This document shows positions 31,569 to 39,150 of a DNA stretch of 64,000 bases, piece after piece (within the stretch, counting starts at the first letter, position 1; every line of letters starts with the position of its first letter). The notes under the pieces were generated by a model that was not told the origin of the DNA, searched no databases, and saw nothing but the letters and a program-made list of their open reading frames with translations. This DNA comes from a virus. The position numbers and the translations under genes are program-made. Location: the IMG/VR virus record IMGVR_UViG_3300017752_000002. The stretch is one strand, 5' to 3'.

Positions 31569-32834
31569 ATGGATAGAAAATCATTAATGGAAAAATGGTC
31601 ACCTATTCTGGAACACGAAGGTGTTGCTCCCATCAAAGAGAATTACAGAAAAGAAGTCACTGCTGTCCTTCTAGAGAACCAAGAAAAGGCGATCAAAGAA
31701 GAAAAGCAAGCGATGTTCGAAGCTGTTCATGTCAATGATGCTGCAGCTCTTCCTGACACAGGTGGTGTGGCTAAATTTGATCCAGTACTAATTTCTTTAG
31801 TACGAAGATCTGCTCCGCAAATGATCGCTTACGATATTTGTGGTGTACAACCTATGACTCAGCCTACTGGTCTTATCTTTGCTATGAAAGCAAGATACAG
31901 CACTCAAGGTGGTACTGAGGCATTATTTAACGAAGCTGACTCAGACTTTTCTGGTGCAGGTACTCACGCAGGATCTAATCCTGTTGATGGCACTTACACT
32001 ACTGGTACTGGTATGACTACTGGTGCTGCTGAGGTACTTGGTGACGGAAGCACATTCCAAGAAATGGCTTTCTCAATCGAGAAAACTTCAGTGACTGCTA
32101 AGTCTAGAGCACTGAAAGCTGAGTACACTATCGAACTAGCACAAGACTTGAAATCAGTTCATGGTCTTGACGCTGAGGGCGAACTTTCTAATATCCTCTC
32201 TACTGAAATTCTTTCAGAAATTAACAGAGAAGTTATCAGAACTGTGTACAAAACTGCTAAGCCAGGAGCTCAAACTGGAACAGCTACTGCGGGAACTTTC
32301 GACCTAGATGTTGATGCATCTGGTAGATGGTCTGTTGAAAAATTCAAAGGTTTACTCTTCCAAATCGAAAGAGAAGCTAATGCGGTTGCTCAGCAAACTC
32401 GTAGAGGTAAAGCTAACTTCATCATCTGTTCTTCAGATGTTGCTAGTGCTTTAGCAATGGCTGGTGTATTAGATTACGCTCCAGCTCTATCAACTAACCT
32501 AAATGTAGATGAAGCTTCTACAACTTTTGCTGGTGTTCTTAATGGACGCTACAAAGTGTATGTAGATCCTTATTCAGCAAATGGTGCTGCTAGTCAGTAC
32601 TTTGTAGTTGGATATAAAGGTACAAGTGCATTTGACGCAGGATTATTTTACTGCCCATATGTACCTCTACAATTAGTTAGAGCAGTAGATCCTTCAACTT
32701 TCCAACCAAAAATTGGTTTCAAAACAAGATATGGCTTCACAGCTAATCCGTTTATCCAATTGGATGGTTCTGGCGATCTAGTAGCTGACGAAAACTACTA
32801 CTACAGAAGAGTTAAAGTTACAAACCTAATGTAA
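31569..32834 (+). CDS. gp23: Major capsid protein gp23
   Basis: LLENQE, GVQPMTQPTGLIFAM, SRALKAEYTIELAQDLK, FQPKIGFKTRYG. Confidence 0.98.
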   Translation: MDRKSLMEKWSPILEHEGVAPIKENYRKEVTAVLLENQEKAIKEEKQAMFEAVHVNDAAALPDTGGVAKFDPVLISLVRRSAPQMIAYDICGVQPMTQPTGLIFAMKARYSTQGGTEALFNEADSDFSGAGTHAGSNPVDGTYTTGTGMTTGAAEVLGDGSTFQEMAFSIEKTSVTAKSRALKAEYTIELAQDLKSVHGLDAEGELSNILSTEILSEINREVIRTVYKTAKPGAQTGTATAGTFDLDVDASGRWSVEKFKGLLFQIEREANAVAQQTRRGKANFIICSSDVASALAMAGVLDYAPALSTNLNVDEASTTFAGVLNGRYKVYVDPYSANGAASQYFVVGYKGTSAFDAGLFYCPYVPLQLVRAVDPSTFQPKIGFKTRYGFTANPFIQLDGSGDLVADENYYYRRVKVTNLM

Positions 32835-32864
32835 TCTTAACCTTTTAAGGTACAATCCTGAAAA

Positions 32865-32891
32865 GGGGAGCTTCGGCTCCCCTTTTTTTTT
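32865..32891 (+). terminator. Rho-independent terminator after gp23
   Basis: GGGGAGC-TTCG-GCTCCCC followed by T9. Confidence 0.95.
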
Positions 32892-32893
32892 GA

Positions 32894-32900
32894 CTAAATA
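32894..32900 (+). promoter_or_regulatory. Late promoter CTAAATA driving the riboswitch unit
   Basis: Just after the gp23 terminator, 5 nt before the aptamer. Confidence 0.65.
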
Positions 32901-32905
32901 ATTAT

Positions 32906-33026
32906 ATCGTTCATTCACTCTAAATGTAGCAGTGGACGGAAGTAAGTAGAATAGGAAAACCTCTCACGCAAGTGAGGTAAGCTAGTACCGAAAGGGAACG
33001 AGACCGACAATCTACCGAAGGAACGC
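32906..33026 (+). ncRNA. Glutamine riboswitch (glnA-motif class) with extended P3
   Basis: ATCGTTCA ... GACGGAAGTA ... CGAAGGAACGC core; P1 CGTTC/GAACG, P2 CAC/GTG, P3 GTAGA/TCTAC; upstream of a YRG peptide. Confidence 0.85.
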
Positions 33027-33089
33027 AATAGGTGAATAGAATTGCGCAGTTTTATTCAAAGATCAACCTATTACAATCTGGAGGAAACG

Positions 33090-33254
33090 ATGACTACTTT
33101 CTACAGAGGTATCAAAGTCACTGATGAAAATGTCGCCAAGGATAATAAATTGTCCAAAAAAGGTGGTATTTACAGAGGGATTAAACATGGTGCCATATCT
33201 AAAGAGAGTGTAAAAGTCGCTACTGGTTTACAGTATCGTGGCATAGCACACTAA
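33090..33254 (+). CDS. YRG-repeat peptide (DUF4278-like), 54 aa
   Basis: GGAGG RBS; FYRGIK, IYRGIKH, QYRGIAH. Confidence 0.85.
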   Translation: MTTFYRGIKVTDENVAKDNKLSKKGGIYRGIKHGAISKESVKVATGLQYRGIAH

Positions 33255-33262
33255 CTTTAATT

Positions 33263-33309
33263 GGAGGGCAAGTATTATATTCTTATAACCAACTTGCCCT
33301 TCTTTTTTT
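33263..33309 (+). terminator. Terminator after the YRG peptide gene
   Basis: GGAGGGCAAGT / ACTTGCCCTTC stem followed by T7. Confidence 0.75.
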
Positions 33310-33310
33310 A

Positions 33311-33317
33311 CTAAATA
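33311..33317 (+). promoter_or_regulatory. Late promoter CTAAATA
   Basis: Directly after the terminator T-run. Confidence 0.6.
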
Positions 33318-33380
33318 ATTTCGGTGGTTATAAAAATTTATTTTTTTATAACTAAATGTAAACACTTAATAGGAAAAACC

Positions 33381-33521
33381 ATGTCCACAGTTATTAAATT
33401 AACGAAGAGCATGGTGCGAAAAACCAAAGCATTTGCCGAATTTCTAGCATACATTGCTCTTCCTTTAGGATTCCCAGTTGCCACATTCGTGACGATGCGA
33501 ATGAGTTATTTTGGATACTAA
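33381..33521 (+). CDS. Small membrane protein (46 aa)
   Basis: AGGA RBS; hydrophobic FLAYIALPLGFPVATFV segment. Confidence 0.55.
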   Translation: MSTVIKLTKSMVRKTKAFAEFLAYIALPLGFPVATFVTMRMSYFGY

Positions 33522-33675
33522 AGAAAAACCTACAAAAACTCACGAGGACGATGTCGACTTTATGGTCGAGAACCCCATGCTATATATGGTATTATTACCA
33601 TCCCTAGTCGCCATCGTTCCTCCTACTCTCGCAGTCGCAGCCATCTGGTTCCACCAATATTATATCGGTATATAG
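33511..33675 (+). CDS. Small membrane protein (TTG start, 54 aa)
   Basis: Own translation: LDTKEKPTKTHEDDVDFMVENPMLYMVLLPSLVAIVPPTLAVAAIWFHQYYIGI; overlaps previous stop. Confidence 0.5.
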   Translation: MDTKEKPTKTHEDDVDFMVENPMLYMVLLPSLVAIVPPTLAVAAIWFHQYYIGI

Positions 33676-33687
33676 ATTTCAAAAGAC

Positions 33688-33694
33688 CTAAATA
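33688..33694 (+). promoter_or_regulatory. Late promoter CTAAATA
   Basis: Intergenic, upstream of GAGG RBS of 33712 ORF. Confidence 0.6.
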
Positions 33695-33711
33695 GTAATA
33701 TCGAGGATATT

Positions 33712-33852
33712 ATGTCTAAGTTGATTGAAATATACGAACAAGCGATTGACTGGTTTCAAGTCAAGTTCGAGATAGATTATTACCAACTCATTTTCATGGC
33801 ATTTTTGCTAGGACTTGCTGTTGGTTTACTTGCTCTCGGGATACTGTTATGA
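33712..33852 (+). CDS. Small membrane protein (46 aa)
   Basis: GAGG RBS; MSKLIEIYEQAIDWFQVKFEIDYYQLIFMAFLLGLAVGLLALGILL. Confidence 0.6.
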   Translation: MSKLIEIYEQAIDWFQVKFEIDYYQLIFMAFLLGLAVGLLALGILL

Positions 33853-34001
33853 ATAAAAGTTTATTAAACGATATAGAAAATCTTGATAAGATTATAGATA
33901 AAACATCTGACCCACGATTGAAGCAAATGTGGAAAGATAAAAAGGATCTTAAAAAGAAAATCGAACAAAGAGAAAATGGCACCAGAAGAACTACTAGCTA
34001 A
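33849..34001 (+). CDS. Small basic helical protein (50 aa)
   Basis: ATGA overlap; MNKSLLNDIENLDKIIDKTSDPRLKQMWKDKK... Confidence 0.5.
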   Translation: MNKSLLNDIENLDKIIDKTSDPRLKQMWKDKKDLKKKIEQRENGTRRTTS

Positions 34002-34116
34002 AAGAATTGCTAAACTACAAAGAGTTCTAGATCGGGCACAGAATAAACAATTTAAAAATATGTGGGCATCTCATTTGGCTCACCTAAAATTACTACAAAA
34101 GAGGAAAGTTAATTGA
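33976..34116 (+). CDS. Small basic helical protein (46 aa)
   Basis: MAPEELLAKRIAKLQRVLDRAQNKQFKNMWASHLAHLKLLQKRKVN; overlaps gp3 start. Confidence 0.55.
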   Translation: MAPEELLAKRIAKLQRVLDRAQNKQFKNMWASHLAHLKLLQKRKVN

Positions 34117-34643
34117 CTGCATATTCTAATAAATTCCCTACCGATATATCCCCATTAAATCCTAATGGCTTTACTTTTGATGTAGCCAGATTACCAGATA
34201 CTACATTCTTTGTACAATCAGTTGGATTGCCAGGACTTACTTTGGGCGAGTTTATGCAACAAACACCTTTAGTGGCTAACCCTATTCCTGGAGAAATACT
34301 CACATACCAAGAACTTGTAGTCGAGTTTCAAGTAGATGCTAACATGACAAACTGGAAAGCAATACATGACTGGATGATTGGACTTGGGTTCCCAATAAAT
34401 CATGAGCAATATTTGTCATACCTTACCTCTGAGGAAAGAGCGAAGATTTCCGAAATATCACAAAACTTCTCAGATGCTACACTTCAGGTATTATCTGGAC
34501 AAAACCAACCTGTAAAAACATTCACATTTGTTGATTGTTTTCCTACAGCACTAGAGCCGATTCAGTTTGAAGCTAAGATGCAAGATGTTATGATGGTTTC
34601 TACTCGTGCAACCTTTAAATATACCTATTACTACTGCCAATAG
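34113..34643 (+). CDS. gp3: Tail tube terminator/completion protein gp3-like
   Basis: FFVQSVGLPGLTLG, VDANMTNWKAIHDWMIGLG, FVDCFPT motifs; position before uvsY. Confidence 0.8.
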   Translation: MTAYSNKFPTDISPLNPNGFTFDVARLPDTTFFVQSVGLPGLTLGEFMQQTPLVANPIPGEILTYQELVVEFQVDANMTNWKAIHDWMIGLGFPINHEQYLSYLTSEERAKISEISQNFSDATLQVLSGQNQPVKTFTFVDCFPTALEPIQFEAKMQDVMMVSTRATFKYTYYYCQ

Positions 34644-34646
34644 ACC

Positions 34647-34675
34647 TTTACTTTTAAGAATAAATCAACTAAGAT
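34647..34675 (+). promoter_or_regulatory. Sigma70-type promoter (uvsY)
   Basis: TTTACT-17-TAAGAT. Confidence 0.65.
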
Positions 34676-34699
34676 TAAGTTGTTAGGAGTATAATTTAT

Positions 34700-35137
34700 A
34701 TGAATTTACAACAATTACAAGACGAATGGTCAAAGGACTCGATAGTCGATGACGACCACTTAGATAAAGAAGCAGTACGCATCCCAAACCTACACCAAAA
34801 GTATTTAAAGTTCCTGATGGAGTTTAAAATGAAACTTACTAAACAAAGAGCAGAGTTTCATGCACTTCGCAGATTAAAAATACGATATTATAATGGTGAG
34901 TTGGGTCGAGACGAGTTAGTAGAACTGGGTTGGGAGCAATATCAAGGCATAAAACCTATAAAATCAGCTCAAGACGACCTATTACATGGCGATAAAGAGC
35001 TGATAGACCAAACTGTACGCATATCTTATCTTGAAGATATGGTATATGCTACCGAAAGTATCATGAAATCAATCTCAAGTAGAGGTTGGGACATTAAAAA
35101 CTCAATAGAGTGGAAAAAATTTATATCTGGTGCCTAA
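34700..35137 (+). CDS. uvsY: Recombination mediator UvsY
   Basis: LQDEWSKDSIVD...IPNLHQKY...YYNG; IKNSIEWKKF C-terminus. Confidence 0.9.
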   Translation: MNLQQLQDEWSKDSIVDDDHLDKEAVRIPNLHQKYLKFLMEFKMKLTKQRAEFHALRRLKIRYYNGELGRDELVELGWEQYQGIKPIKSAQDDLLHGDKELIDQTVRISYLEDMVYATESIMKSISSRGWDIKNSIEWKKFISGA

Positions 35138-36617
35138 AATAACGATAGAGAAAGCGAGTAATATACATATTCGCTGTTTTTCAGAGCCTGCAGTTGAACA
35201 GGAGCTCTGCGATTATTTTACCTATTCAGTTCCAGGTGCTCAGTTCACTCCACAGTACCGAAGTCGTATGTGGGATGGTAAAATCCGCCAATATGATAGA
35301 ATACGACATACATTATATCTTGGATTATACCGATATGTAGAAAGATTCGCTGTTGAGCGAGGTTATGAGATAGAATGTAAGGATTTAGTAGTAATAGACC
35401 GAAAAATACCCTTTGAAGAGGTCGAAAACTGGGTAAATTCCTTAAAATTAGCATCCAAGGGGCAAAAATTGAGCTCCAGAGAATATCAAGTTGAAGCTAT
35501 ACATAAAGCCATTAATGATGAAAGAACGCTCTTGGTGAGTCCTACAGCGTCTGGAAAAAGTCTAATTATATATTCTACACTTAGATATCTATTAAATCAA
35601 GGCAAAAAAGCTATTATCATAGTACCAACAACATCCTTAGTTGAACAGTTATATAAAGACTTTGAAGATTATTCCACTATAAATGGATGGAATGTAGAGG
35701 ATAGTGTACAAAAATTATACTCAGGATTTACTAAAGATATATCTAAGCAAGTATTAATTACCACTTGGCAGTCAGTATATAAACAACCCAAAGCATGGTT
35801 CGCTCAGTTTGATGTATGTTTTGGTGACGAAGCACATCAGTTTAAAGCTAGATCTTTGACGACTTGTATGGATAAATTAATTAATTGTAATTACAGGATA
35901 GGCACGACTGGTACGATTGATGGAAAGAAAGTTCATAAGCTAGTACTAGAGGGTGTGTTTGGACCAGTCTTTGCTGTCACTACAACTAAAAAATTAATGG
36001 AAGAGAAAAAGGTTGCCGATTTAGATATTACTTGCTTACTATTAAAATATGATGACTTAGATAGACAAGGTAGAAAAAATAATAAGTATGCCGACGAGAT
36101 GGACTTCTTAGTGACTAATGATTATAGAAATAAATTTATAGTAAACTTGGCTGCAGATTTAAAAGGAAACACCTTAGTCTTATATCAGTTCGTTCAAAAG
36201 CATGGGATTCCTTTATATGAAAACCTAAATAAAAAGGTAGATGGTTCAAAGGACATCTGGTTTGTGTCAGGGGACACAGTCGTAAAGGATAGGGAAAAGG
36301 TCAGAGAAATAGCAGGTGATACAAACAACAATATCATAGTTGCTTCTTTTGGTACATTCTCGACTGGCATTAATATACCATCTATCGAAAATATTATTTT
36401 CGCATCGCCAAGTAAAAGTAAGATAAGAAACTTACAATCTATTGGGCGAGGACTTAGACTAAAAGAGGGTAAAGAAACTTGTAATTTGTATGATATAGCT
36501 GATGACCTTTCTTGGAAATCTTGGAAAAATCATACTTTAAAACATTTCAGTGAAAGACTCTCTATATACAGTGAAGAAAAATTTAACTACAAAATAGTAG
36601 AGGTAAATGTTGGATAA
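35130..36617 (+). CDS. uvsW: DNA helicase UvsW
   Basis: SPTASGKS, GDEAH, TTGT, LQSIGRGLR SF2 motifs. Confidence 0.95.
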   Translation: MPKITIEKASNIHIRCFSEPAVEQELCDYFTYSVPGAQFTPQYRSRMWDGKIRQYDRIRHTLYLGLYRYVERFAVERGYEIECKDLVVIDRKIPFEEVENWVNSLKLASKGQKLSSREYQVEAIHKAINDERTLLVSPTASGKSLIIYSTLRYLLNQGKKAIIIVPTTSLVEQLYKDFEDYSTINGWNVEDSVQKLYSGFTKDISKQVLITTWQSVYKQPKAWFAQFDVCFGDEAHQFKARSLTTCMDKLINCNYRIGTTGTIDGKKVHKLVLEGVFGPVFAVTTTKKLMEEKKVADLDITCLLLKYDDLDRQGRKNNKYADEMDFLVTNDYRNKFIVNLAADLKGNTLVLYQFVQKHGIPLYENLNKKVDGSKDIWFVSGDTVVKDREKVREIAGDTNNNIIVASFGTFSTGINIPSIENIIFASPSKSKIRNLQSIGRGLRLKEGKETCNLYDIADDLSWKSWKNHTLKHFSERLSIYSEEKFNYKIVEVNVG

Positions 36618-37101
36618 TCAAAAATTAATTAGGGAAGATGACGAGTTCATTATTCTTAAGCTAACCACAGGGGAAACTCTAGTGGCTACTATCAGAGCAG
36701 ACGCACCTGAAACTATATCTGTACAATATCCCTTTGAATTAAAAACTATTCATGAAAGAAGGCAAGATATGGTAGTAGATGTCACTGCTGCTGCACCATT
36801 CTGTGGTTTCGCAGAAGATAGGAACTTCACATTTAAAAAAGAAGATATTATGTTTACTAAAGTCCTTCATAATTTTTCAGTTCCATTTTATATAGAATTA
36901 GTCGAAGAGTATGAAAAACTCATCGATGTACCAGTACCAAAGAAAAGATTATCTGAAACTCAAGATGTATTACGCAAAACTGCCGAAACTATGAGACAAC
37001 GCAGTGAAGAGATCTTGGGCGAAGACAGACTAGAGGATACAGCAGAAGTGCTTGATTATCTTCTAGGCAACATCGGCAAATCAAAGAAAACAATCCATTG
37101 A
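36607..37101 (+). CDS. Hypothetical protein (Sm-like N-terminus)
   Basis: IILKLTTGETLVA pattern; overlaps uvsW end. Confidence 0.6.
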   Translation: MLDNQKLIREDDEFIILKLTTGETLVATIRADAPETISVQYPFELKTIHERRQDMVVDVTAAAPFCGFAEDRNFTFKKEDIMFTKVLHNFSVPFYIELVEEYEKLIDVPVPKKRLSETQDVLRKTAETMRQRSEEILGEDRLEDTAEVLDYLLGNIGKSKKTIH

Positions 37102-37403
37102 TAAGCATAACTCCAAAAGCTAAACAATACATACAAATCAAACTCAAAGCGAGTGGGAATAAGTACGCACGACTTGCCCTCGATGGTGGAGGTTGTGCTG
37201 GGTTTACTTATAAGTGGGAAGAAACAAACGAAGTCGCCGATGGCACCCTTATTGAAGATACGATTATAGTGGATAAATTAGCAGAGTTATATGTTATGGG
37301 ATCTGAGATTGATTATAAAGAAGATTTCGCAGGATCGCATATCGAGATTATAAATCCGAATGCTACTGGAAGTTGTGGATGTGGAGAATCAGTTGGATTC
37401 TAA
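37098..37403 (+). CDS. iscA: IscA/HesB-family A-type Fe-S carrier protein
   Basis: GGGCAGFTY, GSEIDY, NPNATGSCGCGES signature with three Cys. Confidence 0.92.
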   Translation: MISITPKAKQYIQIKLKASGNKYARLALDGGGCAGFTYKWEETNEVADGTLIEDTIIVDKLAELYVMGSEIDYKEDFAGSHIEIINPNATGSCGCGESVGF

Positions 37404-37434
37404 CAGTCTCGTTATCATCCCTGGAACACCCTGT

Positions 37435-37463
37435 AATCTACTCTTCAGTTTCTTAAAAAGCAA
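37435..37463 (-). promoter_or_regulatory. Minus-strand sigma70-type promoter (antisense to iscA)
   Basis: Reverse complement reads TTGCTT-17-TAGATT with the same TTTAAGAA after -35 as the forward promoters. Confidence 0.5.
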
Positions 37464-37487
37464 GCATTAAATGAAAAAAAATAATAG

Positions 37488-37516
37488 TTGCCTTTTAAGA
37501 ATGTTTTATATAGAAT
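37488..37516 (+). promoter_or_regulatory. Sigma70-type promoter (gp55)
   Basis: TTGCCT-17-TAGAAT. Confidence 0.7.
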
Positions 37517-37538
37517 TATGTTTTGATAGGAGGACTAC

Positions 37539-38090
37539 ATGGCAGTCTCAAAAAAGAAGCCCCAACATTATGTTGATAATAAACAGTTTCTACAAGCACT
37601 AAAAGATTATAAAGATGCTTGTGCTAAGGCGAGCAAAAAGAAACAAGATAAACCTAGAATCCCAGAGTATATTGGTGAATGCTTATTGAAGATTGGTACA
37701 CACCTTTCTTACAAACCTAACTTCATCAACTATACCTATCGGGATGATATGATACTGGATGGTGTTGAAAACTGTATTCAATACATACATAACTTCGACC
37801 CTGATAAATCTGGTAATCCATTTTCATACTTTACGCAAATTATTTTCTATGCTTTTTTACGAAGAATTAAAAAAGAAAAGAAACAAACTTATGTGAAGCA
37901 GAAACTAATTGCTGAGATGGATGTTGATGCGTTCATGGAAGCAGGTGAAGATAGCGAAGGTACTAACCAATATATTGAGTATATGAAAAAGAACCAAGTC
38001 CTTGACCCTTACTTTGAAGCCAAAGAGAAAAAGAAGAAAGAAAAAAAGTCCACACCCATCTCTGATGCGTTGGACGATGTAAATGAGTAA
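37539..38090 (+). CDS. gp55: Late-transcription sigma factor gp55
   Basis: HYVDNKQF, YIGECLLKI, NFINYTYRDDMI, NPFSYFTQIIFYAFLRRI. Confidence 0.96.
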   Translation: MAVSKKKPQHYVDNKQFLQALKDYKDACAKASKKKQDKPRIPEYIGECLLKIGTHLSYKPNFINYTYRDDMILDGVENCIQYIHNFDPDKSGNPFSYFTQIIFYAFLRRIKKEKKQTYVKQKLIAEMDVDAFMEAGEDSEGTNQYIEYMKKNQVLDPYFEAKEKKKKEKKSTPISDALDDVNE

Positions 38091-39150
38091 AGTTGCTATT
38101 ATAACCGATCTACATTTCGGTGCTAGAGGAGATGCTATCACTTTTGTAGATTATATGGATAAATTCTATACAAATACTTTTTTCCCTGCTTTGAAGGAAA
38201 GAGGTATCAAAAATATATTAAATCTTGGTGATACATTCGATCGCCGAAAATACATCAATTACCATTCATTAAAAAGATCTAGGCAGTTCTTCTTTGACCC
38301 TATTAAAGATGCTGGTATGCACATGTGGATGTTGGCTGGTAATCACGATACTTATTATAAGAACACCAACGATACTAATTCTATCGACTTACTATTAAAT
38401 GATTATAAAAATATTACTACTATACCTGAAGCGATGGATATAACAGTTGATGGTCGTGATATTTTTATGCTACCATGGATCTGTACTGACAATTATCAAT
38501 CAAGTATGGAAGCATTAGAGGATAGTAAAGCAGAAATATGTATGGGTCATTTAGAGATAGCTGGTTTTGTAATGCATCGTGGGGTTAAATCTCATGGTGG
38601 TTTAAACGCAGAAAGGTTTAGAAAATTTGGTTTGGTTTATTCGGGTCATTACCATCATAGGAACAACGATGGGCATATATATTATCTTGGGAATCCTTAT
38701 GAATTAACTTGGTCTGATTATAAAGACCCAAGAGGATTTCATATCTGGGATACTGAAACTATGGAACTTGAGTTTATTGAGAATCCATATACTATGTTTG
38801 AAAGAGTAGAGTACGATGATGTGACCAATAATTATGATGACTTTGATGCTAGTATTATGGCTGATAAGTATGTCAAAGTGATTGTAGCTAACAAGTCAGA
38901 CTTTAATAAGTTTGATACATTTATGAAAGGGATTTATAAAGCTGGTCCACACGATGTTAAAATTATCGAGGACTTCGCTGAGTTTAAAGATGGCGAGATT
39001 GATGAAGAGATAAACTTAGAAGATACCATGAATATATTGAATAGTTATGTTGATAGTGTAGAAACAAATTTAGATAAGGAAAAAGTAAAAGGATTCCTTA
39101 AAGGATTATATGCTGAAGCACAACAAACTGAAAGTGAAACTGCTGAATGA
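38083..39150 (+). CDS. gp47: Recombination nuclease gp47 (Mre11/SbcD-like)
   Basis: TDLHFG, LGDTFD, GNHD, SGHYH metallophosphoesterase motifs. Confidence 0.95.
   Translation: MSKVAIITDLHFGARGDAITFVDYMDKFYTNTFFPALKERGIKNILNLGDTFDRRKYINYHSLKRSRQFFFDPIKDAGMHMWMLAGNHDTYYKNTNDTNSIDLLLNDYKNITTIPEAMDITVDGRDIFMLPWICTDNYQSSMEALEDSKAEICMGHLEIAGFVMHRGVKSHGGLNAERFRKFGLVYSGHYHHRNNDGHIYYLGNPYELTWSDYKDPRGFHIWDTETMELEFIENPYTMFERVEYDDVTNNYDDFDASIMADKYVKVIVANKSDFNKFDTFMKGIYKAGPHDVKIIEDFAEFKDGEIDEEINLEDTMNILNSYVDSVETNLDKEKVKGFLKGLYAEAQQTESETAE

Noticed and set aside
32951-33005. Riboswitch insert as a c-di-GMP-I (GEMM) aptamer or hammerhead
   Set aside because: Has GNRA loops but lacks the GEMM junction/receptor consensus and the CUGAUGA hammerhead core.
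33042-33089. N-terminal extension of the YRG peptide in the ORF track
   Set aside because: Lies in the riboswitch expression platform; the GGAGG RBS points to ATG 33090. Similar upstream extensions were trimmed for 28543, 41722, 44581, 48679, 52468, 52957 and 55876.
33381-33410. MSTVIK start shared with the 17484 fibre gene
   Set aside because: Only six residues, different codons, no further similarity; probably chance.
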